59,720 nt of DNA from a virus (Duplodnaviria > Caudoviricetes). Numbering within the stretch: the first letter of the stretch is position 1; every line of letters begins with the position of its first letter. The translations under genes were made by a program, and so were the position numbers. The notes below the pieces were generated by a model, which ran no database searches, was not told the origin of the DNA, and worked only from the letters and a program-made list of their open reading frames with translations. Location of the stretch: positions 1 through 59,720 of IMG/VR virus record IMGVR_UViG_3300020234_000033. The stretch is one strand, 5' to 3'. Below are positions 30,785 to 40,162 of the stretch, piece by piece.

Positions 30785-33700
30785 TGGCAACATTGGCATC
30801 ATGTATTCGAAAAGCTGGTAAGGCATTGAACGCCGGGGACGCCGCAACGATCCGCGAGATCTATGATGACCTACGCACGGAAGGTGGTCTTGCTCCAGAA
30901 GCAGCAGCTGATCAGGCTATCGGTGAGTACTTGGATACCCTGACAGCAGAACGGGCGGACATCACCGCTCAGGTGCGTGCACAGGGCGGTACGATGCCCG
31001 GGGACCAGACGGTCCGCTTTGCACCAGATAGTGGTATCGTCAAACGCACGGCCAAGAAGCTCAATATGCGTCGGATCCTGAGTGGACAAGAGAAGCTCGA
31101 CATCACACCAACCACCGAGAGTGGCATCCCAATCATGCGTGATGTGGCACTTGCACTGCAGGAACGTGCCAAGGCCATCAACCCCGACCTCGAAGAGCAG
31201 ACCGACGAGGCCAAGGATATCATAGCCACCACGATGGCCGATGAAGTAGAGGCTGCGATGGCTGAGACCGGACACGCCGGACACTGGTACAGCGACAAGC
31301 TGCGCAACGCCGTGGCCCTGGTAGCGGAGATCCACCCAGATCTCAAGGATCCTAACTCCCAGGCCATGTTCCTGGCAGCACTGGCGATCACTTCCAACGG
31401 CCAGCCGGTGTCTAAGAATGCGGAGATGGCTGAGGCACAGTATCAAGAGTACAAGCGCACCGGCAAATTCCCCGAGATTGGCTCAGGTAAAGAAAAGCAG
31501 GCCATGGTCAACGGGTTCAGAATGTTGAATGAGCTGCTCGATAAGAAAGGTCTCGATGCTACCCGGAAATTCCTGGCCACCGAGTACACTAAACGCGAGC
31601 TGATGGATCTCGGCTACGGCAATATCCTGTCCGGTGAGGGCACTGAGTTCGGTACTCACGGTAGTGGAATCTTTGGCCCCAAGATAGGCGCAGGCTTCTA
31701 TCAGAACCTGATCGGCAACTTCAATCCACTCACTACAGACCGCTGGTTCATGCGCACCTGGGGGCGGATGGTTGGCAAGCTGATGCAGGATCCTTATTCC
31801 GACGCCAACAATAACCGCAGAGACAGGCTGCGTAAGGCTTTGTCCACTAAGAAAGGACAAGAAAAGTTGGCTGAATTAGGCTATAATAAGTTAAGTATGG
31901 CCAACGATACGACGCTGGCAGATATTGCGACCTATCTCCACATGCAATACATACAAACCAACTATGAAAACAAGGTGGAGTGGAATCAAGCGGCGAGAAA
32001 TTTGGACAAGGGTCTCAACGAGACCATCGGTCAACCGTCAGGAGCAGGACACAGATCATGGATCAGAGAAGTAGTAGCGGAGGCCAGATCGATACTGGCT
32101 TCACGAGGTACGGAAGTAGACACAGCGACGTTACAGGCGCTGGTCTGGTTTCCGGAGAAAGCACTTTACACATTTCACGGAGTAGGTGATGCCAAAGCAA
32201 CCCCAACAGATTATGAGCAAGAGTTCGCTCGAATCGCTGAAGAACGAGGTGTTGATTCAGCCACAATTCGAGGGATCCTACGAACAGAGACCGGACGACG
32301 ACCAAGAGGAGTCTCTGGACCCGGGGAGCCTGAAGGATTCGACGCTCTTCGACAACCTATTGAACCGAGTAAACGAAAACTCGAACTTGTTCAGTCCGGA
32401 GTCGCAGCGATCCGGCGGACCGGTAGAAGCACTTACCGATCAGCAGTTCCAAAAAGGGCTGGATCTCTATTAGACGGCGCTGTTATATCAGTAATATTCA
32501 AGCCCCAGGCTTTTGCTAAAAACCAATGGGAGCGGGTAGGCCTATCCGCTCCCACCATCAATCAACTCGATACTGCCGCTGACGGAGCCATCCCCAGCGC
32601 GCAGGCTTTCACGCGTGCCATCACTGCAGCCAAAGAAGCACACCCAGATGGTGCAGCAGTCTATGTCTACCCACAGGAAGAATACGAAGGTGCTCGTCTG
32701 TACCTGACCGAAGACGGCATGGCTGGCTTCGCCCTGAAAGGCGGGGACATTGTATCGGTCTTCAAGCATCCGGATCTCAAGGCCCCGGGTGTCGTGCAAT
32801 CGTTGATCTCACTGGCCGTGCAGGAAGGTGGCCGCAAGCTCGATGCGTTCGACACCATGCTGCCTCACTTCTATGAGATGCAGGGATTCAAGGTCGTGTC
32901 TCGGATACGGTGGGATGAAAATGAGATGCCGCTCGGGTGGGATAAGGAGCGCTTCGCTGACTTCAACAACGGCGAGCCCGACGTGGTCTTCATGGCGTGG
33001 GATCCGGGGAACTACAACCAGTACACCGGCGAGGGTGTGATGGCAGAGAGCTATGAGGGAGCCGTCGCTCGACAGGATGCTGCGGTCGTTGAAGACATGT
33101 ATCCTGACCTGGGACCGATGCGACTGCGCATCGAGGACGACGCTGAAGAGCAGTTCGTCGATAAGCACCCGGAGCATCCGCACTCGCAGCTGTTCAAGAT
33201 GGCTGTGACTATGGAGGATCAAGCCAACAACGCACCGAGCATTGTCCAGATAATTAAGGACAAGATTACGAACGCAGGTGACACTGCCATCGAGGCCAAC
33301 CTCGCGTTGATCCACCGCAACTACCTCGAAGACTTTATGCCGGATGCACGGATGAGTGCTATCCGGGAATACAATCATGACATCCGCGAGATGGAAGGTC
33401 GCAAGGGTGAGCTGGTACAGAAGTATCAGCCGACCGCGCAGAAGATGTTCTGGCATAAAACTAGAAACAGGAAAGAGCATGCCCGCCTTGGTGAGGCAAT
33501 GCACGCTGCCACCATCAACGGGATAGATCCCAGTGAGGAATACAAGGCACTGAAGAAGCGCGAGAACATGACCGAGGCGGATAAGAAAGCCGACACCCTG
33601 CGTCGTGCTGAGTACAAGATCCTGAAGGATTACTACGACACCCAGCTCACCCAGGATTCACGAGATCTGTTCGTCGAGGTGCGCGATCAGTACAGTGATC

Positions 33701-35955
33701 TGCGTAATAATATGGAGACTGCGATCATGCAGCGCATCGAGGACGCCGTGGCTAGCGACATGGCCAAGCGGGCGTTGCGGTTGGAGATGCGCAAAATGTT
33801 CGAGTCTGGCCGGGTGCAGGGTCCGTACTTCCCACTTGATCGCTGGGGTGACCAGTGGGGTGCAGCCTATAACGAAGAAGGCGAGATCTATTCGTACAGT
33901 AAATTCGATACCAAGTCCGAGCGGGTCGCGTGGCGCGAGGCCATGGAAGAGGCCGGATTCACTGTCAAGGACGGCAAGAAAATCACATCTGATATGGGCC
34001 AGCTGCAGGCACTGGACCCTGAACTGGTAGCGCGCCTTCAGAAACTGACCTCCGGGTTACCCGAGAGCGATTCCATCGCTGACGAGATCTATCAGATGTA
34101 CCTGCGCTCACTACCCGAGATGTCGATGCGCAAGCACTTCATCCATCGTAAGGGTCGCATCGGATTCAGCGAGAACATCCTGCGGTCCTACGCTGGCCAG
34201 ACATTCCATGGCGCTACCCAGATCGCACGCATGGAGCAGCAGCCAAAGCTCGAACGTGACATGGTCAAACTCAGAGAGCAGGCCCAGGCTGCAGAGGCGA
34301 TGCGTGACGAGCACTCCGACTGGGCCGTGCCGATACTCAATGAGATGGACAAGCGTCATGGGCTGGCCATGAACCCACCGAAGTCAGTGGTCGCGAGTAA
34401 GCTGACCAACCTGGGCTTTGCGTGGATGCTCGGTGTGACCCCGGGCGCGGCCATACTGAACCTGTTCCAGACACCCATGTTCGCGATGCCGACAATTGCT
34501 GCCCGTAAAGGGAATGGAGCCGTGAAGACCACGGCTTATTTCTTGAAAGGAATCGCCGAGTATTTCAGTACCCGGATCGGTGGCTACAAATCTAAGCTGC
34601 GTGATGACGAGCTGGCCGCTTACGTCTGGGCTGAGAAGACCAATATCCTGACCAATACCATGTCACATGATCTGGCGGATCTGATTGAGAAGGATGACAC
34701 CGCGTACGGCCTGCGTCGTAACATCATGACCGTGGTCTCGTACCTGTTCCACCACACTGAGCAGGCTAACCGCAGTGTAACTTTTATGGTCGCTTACCGG
34801 CTCGCGCGTGATCGAGGACTCAGTCACAGCGAAGCGCAGTACGATGCCGCGGATCTCAATGACCGCAGCCATTACGATTACTCGACCAGCAACCGCCCAC
34901 CGATCATGCAGAAAGAAGCGGCCAAGATCGTGCTGTTGTTCAAGAACTACGGCGTGCACTCCACCTACCAGATGGCTCGCGCACTGAAGGATGGATACTT
35001 TGCCCAGAAAGATCTGCCCATCGAACATCGCAGGGAGGCCCGCCGCAAGCTCACCGGGATCCTGATGATGACCGGTTTACTGGGCGGCGTATCCTCGCTG
35101 CCATTTGCATGGGTGGTCGAGACCATACTGAATGCAGTCTGGGGTGACGACGACGAACCGATGGACGCGGGCGCAGAGTTCCGGGTGTACATGATCGAGC
35201 AGGGCTTCAGCTCGGAGCAGGTCGAGGCACTGCTAACCGGTGGCTGGGATGCAATGACCGGTACCACCATGTCGAGCAGGATCTCACTGTCATACCTTGG
35301 CCTGGGACGTGAGTCCATGTACCCGCTGGAGGGCAAGGACGCAGCACTACACTTCTTCGAGGAAATGATTGGCCCGGTGGGCTCCATACTGGTGACGTCG
35401 CCGCTACAGGGTCTGCAGGATGTCAGCGAGGGTCGTTACGAGCGGGCCATCGAGCGGGTCATACCCAAATTCATGCGAGATCCAATGAAGGCGGTCCGCT
35501 ATGCCACCGAGGGTGCACTGACCTACGCCGGTGAGCCGATACTCACACCCGAGCAGTTCACCAATAAGGATCTGTTCGTGCAGTCAATCGGACTGGCGCC
35601 GTCTCGACTGACACAGCGCTACGAGCAGAACCGTGCGTTCAGGAATAGAGAGCAGAAGTTACTGGATCGATACAAGCAAATCACCAACCAGTACTGGATG
35701 GCCCTCGAACTGGGGGATCCAGCTGCACGTAAGGAAGCCTTGAAGGCTATGCACAAGTGGTCCCTGGCCAACCCACAGCTTCCGATCAACGCTGAAATGC
35801 TTGAGCGATCCTCTCGGTCCCGGGCGCGCATGAGTCAACAGGTCTACGGCGGCATCGCCCTCGACCCACGATTAGACTTCCAGATCCGGAAGGATCTGAC
35901 TTACCTCCCGGTCGAAACCGGTGAGCCATTCCCCAGACCTGCAGGTGTTAAATAA
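30784..35955 (+). CDS. Large polyvalent internal virion protein (PLxRFG-like, with GNAT-like and possible glycosylase-like domains)
   Basis: GPYFPLDRWG (PLxRFG-type motif); DIVSVF...KLDAFDTMLPHFYEMQGF (GNAT-like); GPKIG.GF..NL.GN...LTTDRWF.RTW; helical C-terminal region. Confidence 0.7.
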   Translation: MATLASCIRKAGKALNAGDAATIREIYDDLRTEGGLAPEAAADQAIGEYLDTLTAERADITAQVRAQGGTMPGDQTVRFAPDSGIVKRTAKKLNMRRILSGQEKLDITPTTESGIPIMRDVALALQERAKAINPDLEEQTDEAKDIIATTMADEVEAAMAETGHAGHWYSDKLRNAVALVAEIHPDLKDPNSQAMFLAALAITSNGQPVSKNAEMAEAQYQEYKRTGKFPEIGSGKEKQAMVNGFRMLNELLDKKGLDATRKFLATEYTKRELMDLGYGNILSGEGTEFGTHGSGIFGPKIGAGFYQNLIGNFNPLTTDRWFMRTWGRMVGKLMQDPYSDANNNRRDRLRKALSTKKGQEKLAELGYNKLSMANDTTLADIATYLHMQYIQTNYENKVEWNQAARNLDKGLNETIGQPSGAGHRSWIREVVAEARSILASRGTEVDTATLQALVWFPEKALYTFHGVGDAKATPTDYEQEFARIAEERGVDSATIRGILRTETGRRPRGVSGPGEPEGFDALRQPIEPSKRKLELVQSGVAAIRRTGRSTYRSAVPKRAGSLLDGAVISVIFKPQAFAKNQWERVGLSAPTINQLDTAADGAIPSAQAFTRAITAAKEAHPDGAAVYVYPQEEYEGARLYLTEDGMAGFALKGGDIVSVFKHPDLKAPGVVQSLISLAVQEGGRKLDAFDTMLPHFYEMQGFKVVSRIRWDENEMPLGWDKERFADFNNGEPDVVFMAWDPGNYNQYTGEGVMAESYEGAVARQDAAVVEDMYPDLGPMRLRIEDDAEEQFVDKHPEHPHSQLFKMAVTMEDQANNAPSIVQIIKDKITNAGDTAIEANLALIHRNYLEDFMPDARMSAIREYNHDIREMEGRKGELVQKYQPTAQKMFWHKTRNRKEHARLGEAMHAATINGIDPSEEYKALKKRENMTEADKKADTLRRAEYKILKDYYDTQLTQDSRDLFVEVRDQYSDLRNNMETAIMQRIEDAVASDMAKRALRLEMRKMFESGRVQGPYFPLDRWGDQWGAAYNEEGEIYSYSKFDTKSERVAWREAMEEAGFTVKDGKKITSDMGQLQALDPELVARLQKLTSGLPESDSIADEIYQMYLRSLPEMSMRKHFIHRKGRIGFSENILRSYAGQTFHGATQIARMEQQPKLERDMVKLREQAQAAEAMRDEHSDWAVPILNEMDKRHGLAMNPPKSVVASKLTNLGFAWMLGVTPGAAILNLFQTPMFAMPTIAARKGNGAVKTTAYFLKGIAEYFSTRIGGYKSKLRDDELAAYVWAEKTNILTNTMSHDLADLIEKDDTAYGLRRNIMTVVSYLFHHTEQANRSVTFMVAYRLARDRGLSHSEAQYDAADLNDRSHYDYSTSNRPPIMQKEAAKIVLLFKNYGVHSTYQMARALKDGYFAQKDLPIEHRREARRKLTGILMMTGLLGGVSSLPFAWVVETILNAVWGDDDEPMDAGAEFRVYMIEQGFSSEQVEALLTGGWDAMTGTTMSSRISLSYLGLGRESMYPLEGKDAALHFFEEMIGPVGSILVTSPLQGLQDVSEGRYERAIERVIPKFMRDPMKAVRYATEGALTYAGEPILTPEQFTNKDLFVQSIGLAPSRLTQRYEQNRAFRNREQKLLDRYKQITNQYWMALELGDPAARKEALKAMHKWSLANPQLPINAEMLERSSRSRARMSQQVYGGIALDPRLDFQIRKDLTYLPVETGEPFPRPAGVK

Positions 35956-36431
35956 TGTTAGACGTCCCACAGTTCCGTGAATTGATAATCAAGCCCGCGC
36001 TCACCGTTGTTGATGGATACTCTCTGGCTGCTGACGAGCTGGTACTGGGTACCGCACTACAAGAGTCCCGGCTGATATATATCAAGCAGCTCGGCAGTGG
36101 CCCAGCCCTCGGTGTATTCCAGATGGAGCCCGCCACCCACAACGATATCTGGGACAACTATCTCGCGTATCGTGAAGAGCTGGCCGCTAAGGTCATCAGC
36201 CTCGCTGCGCCGAATGGTGATCGACCATCATCCAACGAGTTGATCGGTAACCTGTGGTACGCAGCAGCGATGTGCCGGATCCATTACATGCGAGTGCCGG
36301 ACGCACTGCCCGAAGCAGGTGACATCCCCGGGCTGGCCGCGTACTGGAAAGAGTTTTACAATACCTTCGAAGGTGCCGGTACCTCGGAAGAGTTTGAGGA
36401 GAACTGGTTCGCAAACATGGGGAGCAACTGA
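35955..36431 (+). CDS. Endolysin (lysozyme-like/transglycosylase fold)
   Basis: LGTALQES (catalytic Glu), GPALGVFQMEPAT and YWK..YNT..G.G motifs. Confidence 0.75.
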   Translation: MLDVPQFRELIIKPALTVVDGYSLAADELVLGTALQESRLIYIKQLGSGPALGVFQMEPATHNDIWDNYLAYREELAAKVISLAAPNGDRPSSNELIGNLWYAAAMCRIHYMRVPDALPEAGDIPGLAAYWKEFYNTFEGAGTSEEFEENWFANMGSN

Positions 36432-37201
36432 TGAAATGGTTTATAGTTCTACTCGCTCTTTTTGCGTTAAGCGTAGAGGCCTCGGGCCGGGATGATGATA
36501 ATGACAACAACACCAATTCAAGCGCTGAGGGCGGCGATTCCTCGGCCACATCAGAAGGCTCTACTATCAGCATCGCTGGATCCAGCGGCGAGGATAATTT
36601 CTTCGCGTTCTCAACCTCGTTTCCTCAAGCTTCTGGTTGCTTCGGAGGAGTACAAGGAGGTGCTGGCACAAGCGGTAGCGGAGGTGGTTTCTTTGGGATG
36701 CACTTCATTAATCATAACTGCTGGACCTCTGCACTTGCGGAGGCTGAGTCAAACGTCGATGTACGATCTCGACTGAAATGCGCCGGTAAGCATTTCCGAA
36801 ACGCGATTGCCTTTGACCACAAGGGCGACTCCGGCGACAAGCAGATATTCTGCGTCACCTACATGAACGTCAAGTACGCAGGTGAGATCAAGCATCTCAA
36901 GGCCCAGGTCGAGAGCGCCATGGAATTGGGTGAGCTAATCCCGGCAACTGGTGACATGATGATAGCAGCCAACGTCACCCAGGAAGAGTTTGAAGAGCAG
37001 GCCCAGCGGGTCGAGGACAAGAACGCTCAGCAACAACATCAAATCGAGGATCTGGAACGCCGTGCCCAGGAAGCTGAAACCCGGGCAGCGCAGGCCGAGC
37101 AGGCACTTCAGCAAATACAACAGAAACAGGTAAGCAAAAAGCAGGCGCTTCAACAACTCCAACAGCAGGTGCAACAAGACTATGTCATCGTCGAAGAATA
37201 A
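36431..37201 (+). CDS. Secreted Cys-containing coiled-coil protein in the lysis cassette
   Basis: Signal peptide MKWFIVLLALFALSVEA; four Cys; Gln-rich C-terminal coil. Confidence 0.6.
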   Translation: MKWFIVLLALFALSVEASGRDDDNDNNTNSSAEGGDSSATSEGSTISIAGSSGEDNFFAFSTSFPQASGCFGGVQGGAGTSGSGGGFFGMHFINHNCWTSALAEAESNVDVRSRLKCAGKHFRNAIAFDHKGDSGDKQIFCVTYMNVKYAGEIKHLKAQVESAMELGELIPATGDMMIAANVTQEEFEEQAQRVEDKNAQQQHQIEDLERRAQEAETRAAQAEQALQQIQQKQVSKKQALQQLQQQVQQDYVIVEE

Positions 37202-37487
37202 GCATTGGAATTTCATCCGCGAAGGCTGGCCGGTCATCGTCACAATCGTGGGCATCAGCTGGGGTATCGCAGCGTTCGTAGCCGACGCCTACATAGCAGG
37301 CATCGTGGAGCGTGAGTACCAGAAGAAGGTGCGGACCGAGCCGATAATCGCTGCCATCAAGAATGACATCACCAAGATCAACGGAACCCTGATCACACTC
37401 AGTGGCAATGACATCGAGATCCGCGGCCAGCTCAACACGGTGGTCAGCAGACTCGACACACTAATCAGCATTCAATTGCAGGACTAG
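37182..37487 (+). CDS. Single-TM membrane protein (lysis-associated)
   Basis: TM segment WPVIVTIVGISWGIAAFVA followed by a coiled coil. Confidence 0.6.
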   Translation: MSSSKNKHWNFIREGWPVIVTIVGISWGIAAFVADAYIAGIVEREYQKKVRTEPIIAAIKNDITKINGTLITLSGNDIEIRGQLNTVVSRLDTLISIQLQD

Positions 37488-37489
37488 TC

Positions 37490-38062
37490 ATGGATCTTTG
37501 GAGCATTGTAAAAAAGGTCGGCACCGGCCTCATCAGCGCTGCTGTCCCAGGTGGTTCGTTAATTATTAGTGCCATCAACGAGTTCCTGCCTGACAAAGCC
37601 AAGCTACCCGAGAACGCCACCGGTGCGCAGGCCCAGGATGCACTGGCGTCACTACCGGCAGAGCAGCGGGCCCAGATAATGGACCGGCAGTTCGATATCG
37701 AGGAAACCCAGATCAAGGAATCCTATGCATCCAACCGGGCGATGCTCGAAGCCGACGCGATAAGTCCACACACAACTCGGCCCTACATCGCCAAGCATTC
37801 ATTCCACGTGGTCGCGTTCACCAGTGTGGTAACTGTCAGCCTGTGGGCATACGGTATCATCAAGGCTGATACTAAAATGGTCGAGACCATCGTCAACGGC
37901 TGGCCATTCTTGCTGGCCGCTATAGGTCCGTTGGTAGTGTTACTGCAGGCGTACTTCGGGGTGTTGAAAACGGAGCAAAAGAACAAGCTCGATGCTGCTA
38001 GTGGTAACTCTCAACCCGGCGGAGTTGCAGGGTTGATCTCAGCGTTTATGAAGAAGCGTTAG
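37490..38062 (+). CDS. Putative holin (GTA 3TM-holin-like)
   Basis: Amphipathic N-terminus, TRP motif, two or three TM helices, AYFG motif. Confidence 0.6.
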   Translation: MDLWSIVKKVGTGLISAAVPGGSLIISAINEFLPDKAKLPENATGAQAQDALASLPAEQRAQIMDRQFDIEETQIKESYASNRAMLEADAISPHTTRPYIAKHSFHVVAFTSVVTVSLWAYGIIKADTKMVETIVNGWPFLLAAIGPLVVLLQAYFGVLKTEQKNKLDAASGNSQPGGVAGLISAFMKKR

Positions 38063-38234
38063 CGTCAACCCACTTCCAGCCAATAGTCCATCGACTCCAA
38101 AACTGGTTCCACCTGTTTGGCCGAACAGTTACATGGATCGTTAAGTTGGTACCACATACTTCCCAGCGACCAACTGTTGGTGGCATTCCTGAAAATACAA
38201 AATCAGGAGAAGGAGCAGACTTGTCGTCACTCAC
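38046..38234 (-). CDS. Hypothetical protein
   Basis: GTGA coupling; last gene of the leftward replication operon. Confidence 0.5.
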   Translation of the reverse strand: MSDDKSAPSPDFVFSGMPPTVGRWEVCGTNLTIHVTVRPNRWNQFWSRWTIGWKWVDANASS

Positions 38235-38449
38235 GATGCCACTCCCAGCTCGACAGCCAGCAGACCCTCTTCGGTTTTCTCTTCAAAGAACTTCTTGATC
38301 ACAGCCACGTTGACCACGTGTCGGCCAGCCAGTGTGTAGGTGGGGAGTTCGAACAGACCATCTTTAATAGCCCGGACAGCTGCGCGTCGGTTCTTGTAAC
38401 CCAGCACCGCGGCGACTTCTTCCATCTCCATATAGGGTAGATCTGCCAT
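38231..38449 (-). CDS. Excisionase-like/HTH DNA-binding protein
   Basis: YMEMEEVAAVLGY...VRAIKDG.F..P...GR..V pattern; GGAG SD. Confidence 0.6.
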   Translation of the reverse strand: MADLPYMEMEEVAAVLGYKNRRAAVRAIKDGLFELPTYTLAGRHVVNVAVIKKFFEEKTEEGLLAVELGVAS

Positions 38450-38472
38450 CTTTTATATTGCTCCATATTGCG

Positions 38473-39924
38473 TTAAGCTGCACATTTTAGCACACGTTTG
38501 CGCATGGCATTAAGCATTCTTTCTTGCCCATCGTCTTTCTCATCGAGGCCCAGTATGACATCATCGTCCGCAGTACCTTCGGTAATGATGTGATGAATAA
38601 CTATATTGCGACCCTTCCGACGGTGGCCCCCGGTGAGACGGGCGTTGGCTTGTTGATAGAATTCAAGATTCCAGTTCAGCCCGAACCAAATAAGATTTTC
38701 GGCGCCAGAATGCTGGAGGTTGCACCCGTGCCCAGCACTGGCCGGGTGGAGCAGGAGCGCGTCAGTCTTACCAGCGTTCCATCGATCCTCGCTGTGGGTA
38801 TCGGTGAGAACATCCCAGTTAATCTTTGTCTTGGTCAGCGCGGTTTTGATTCGCGCGAGGTCCGACTTGAAATTGTAGCAAATCATGCAGGGGCCATTGA
38901 TATCCTCAAGGATCTCCAGAAGCACGTCGATCTTCCCGTCATGGAACGGCACCCACGCGGGGGCTTTTGTATACACGGCGCCATTGGCGAGCTGCAGGAG
39001 TTTTCCGGCCAGTACCCCGGCGTTAACTGCGGTGATGTTCTGATCCTTAATCTCGACTATGTAATCGCGCTCCAGCGTGCGGTACTGATCCCGTTCTTCG
39101 GGGGTCAGGTATGCAGGAATATAGTTCCGTACGATGGGGGGCAGCTCCAGATAGTCCTGCTCTCTAAGCGACAGGCAGATATCGCTGAGCTTATCCATGA
39201 TCTCCTCTTCGGCATGCGCCTTCGGTCGCCACTTGAACTGGTTATATCCCGGCGGGTCGAACCAGCGATCTCGGAAGGCTGTCAGAGTCTTGCCGAGCCG
39301 TACCCCTTTGTCTATCAGGTAGATCTGAGCCCATAGGTCCATGAGGCCATTCGGCCTGGGAGTACCCGTCAGCTCGATGCACGGGCCGAACAGCTGCCGG
39401 ACCTTCTTCAATGCCAGCCAGCGCTTGGATCCTTTCTGACCACCGGACTTGAAGGCCGTGCTCTCATCGATGACCAGCATGTCCCAGCGCCACCGATGCA
39501 GCACCTTGCGTTCCTGCACGTGCAGGTCGACGAGCCACTTGGTGTTCTCCCGGTTGATGGTGTAGATGTCAGCGTCAGCCTTGATGCCCTGCTTGCGCTG
39601 CTTTTCGTTGCCGATGCAATGCGAGATCCGCAGGCCCTGCGTGTGGGCCCAGGTGTTGATCTCATCTCTCCATGTTTTTCTGGCGACGCGCAGCGGGGCG
39701 ATCACCAGCACCTTCTCAACCTCCAGCTCCTGAAGCAGTTCTAGTATGGCGGTGAGCAGGATGACAGTCTTGCCCAGACCCATGTCCACCCACAGCGCGC
39801 AGCCTGGGCCATCGTAAACGGCCTCCTTAACGAACTGGGTAGCGTGGTGCTGGTACTGGCGGAACTCGACCAGGGATCTAAGTGTGGATCCTGAGGATGT
39901 CTTTACATCGTTGGTAGCTGTCAC
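38473..39924 (-). CDS. SNF2-family (SF2) helicase
   Basis: RQYQ, DMGLGKT, VIDEST, LTGTP, HPASAGHGCNLQ and QANARL motifs. Confidence 0.92.
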   Translation of the reverse strand: MTATNDVKTSSGSTLRSLVEFRQYQHHATQFVKEAVYDGPGCALWVDMGLGKTVILLTAILELLQELEVEKVLVIAPLRVARKTWRDEINTWAHTQGLRISHCIGNEKQRKQGIKADADIYTINRENTKWLVDLHVQERKVLHRWRWDMLVIDESTAFKSGGQKGSKRWLALKKVRQLFGPCIELTGTPRPNGLMDLWAQIYLIDKGVRLGKTLTAFRDRWFDPPGYNQFKWRPKAHAEEEIMDKLSDICLSLREQDYLELPPIVRNYIPAYLTPEERDQYRTLERDYIVEIKDQNITAVNAGVLAGKLLQLANGAVYTKAPAWVPFHDGKIDVLLEILEDINGPCMICYNFKSDLARIKTALTKTKINWDVLTDTHSEDRWNAGKTDALLLHPASAGHGCNLQHSGAENLIWFGLNWNLEFYQQANARLTGGHRRKGRNIVIHHIITEGTADDDVILGLDEKDDGQERMLNAMRKRVLKCAA

Positions 39925-40153
39925 AGAAGTGTGCCTCCTGACCGGCTGCTATCAGCCTGTCGTACTCGTCCAGCTGCAGCGGGCTGGCCTCGCCATCCGG
40001 ATCCTTGAATTCTATCCACACGGTGCGCTCCTTCATGAATACCCGGTCGAAGGATCCTTTGCGGCCTGGGGTCACTATTTTCTTGATGTACCACCCGTGC
40101 TCCTCAGCTGTCCGGACGCTGTCGCGCTCGATTTTCTTTTCTATTCTTGGCAT
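39878..40153 (-). CDS. VRR-NUC domain nuclease
   Basis: EK.IE...G.FDR...WIEFK...G..S.LQ motif. Confidence 0.85.
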   Translation of the reverse strand: MPRIEKKIERDSVRTAEEHGWYIKKIVTPGRKGSFDRVFMKERTVWIEFKDPDGEASPLQLDEYDRLIAAGQEAHFCDSYQRCKDILRIHT

Positions 40154-40162
40154 GATTCCTCA

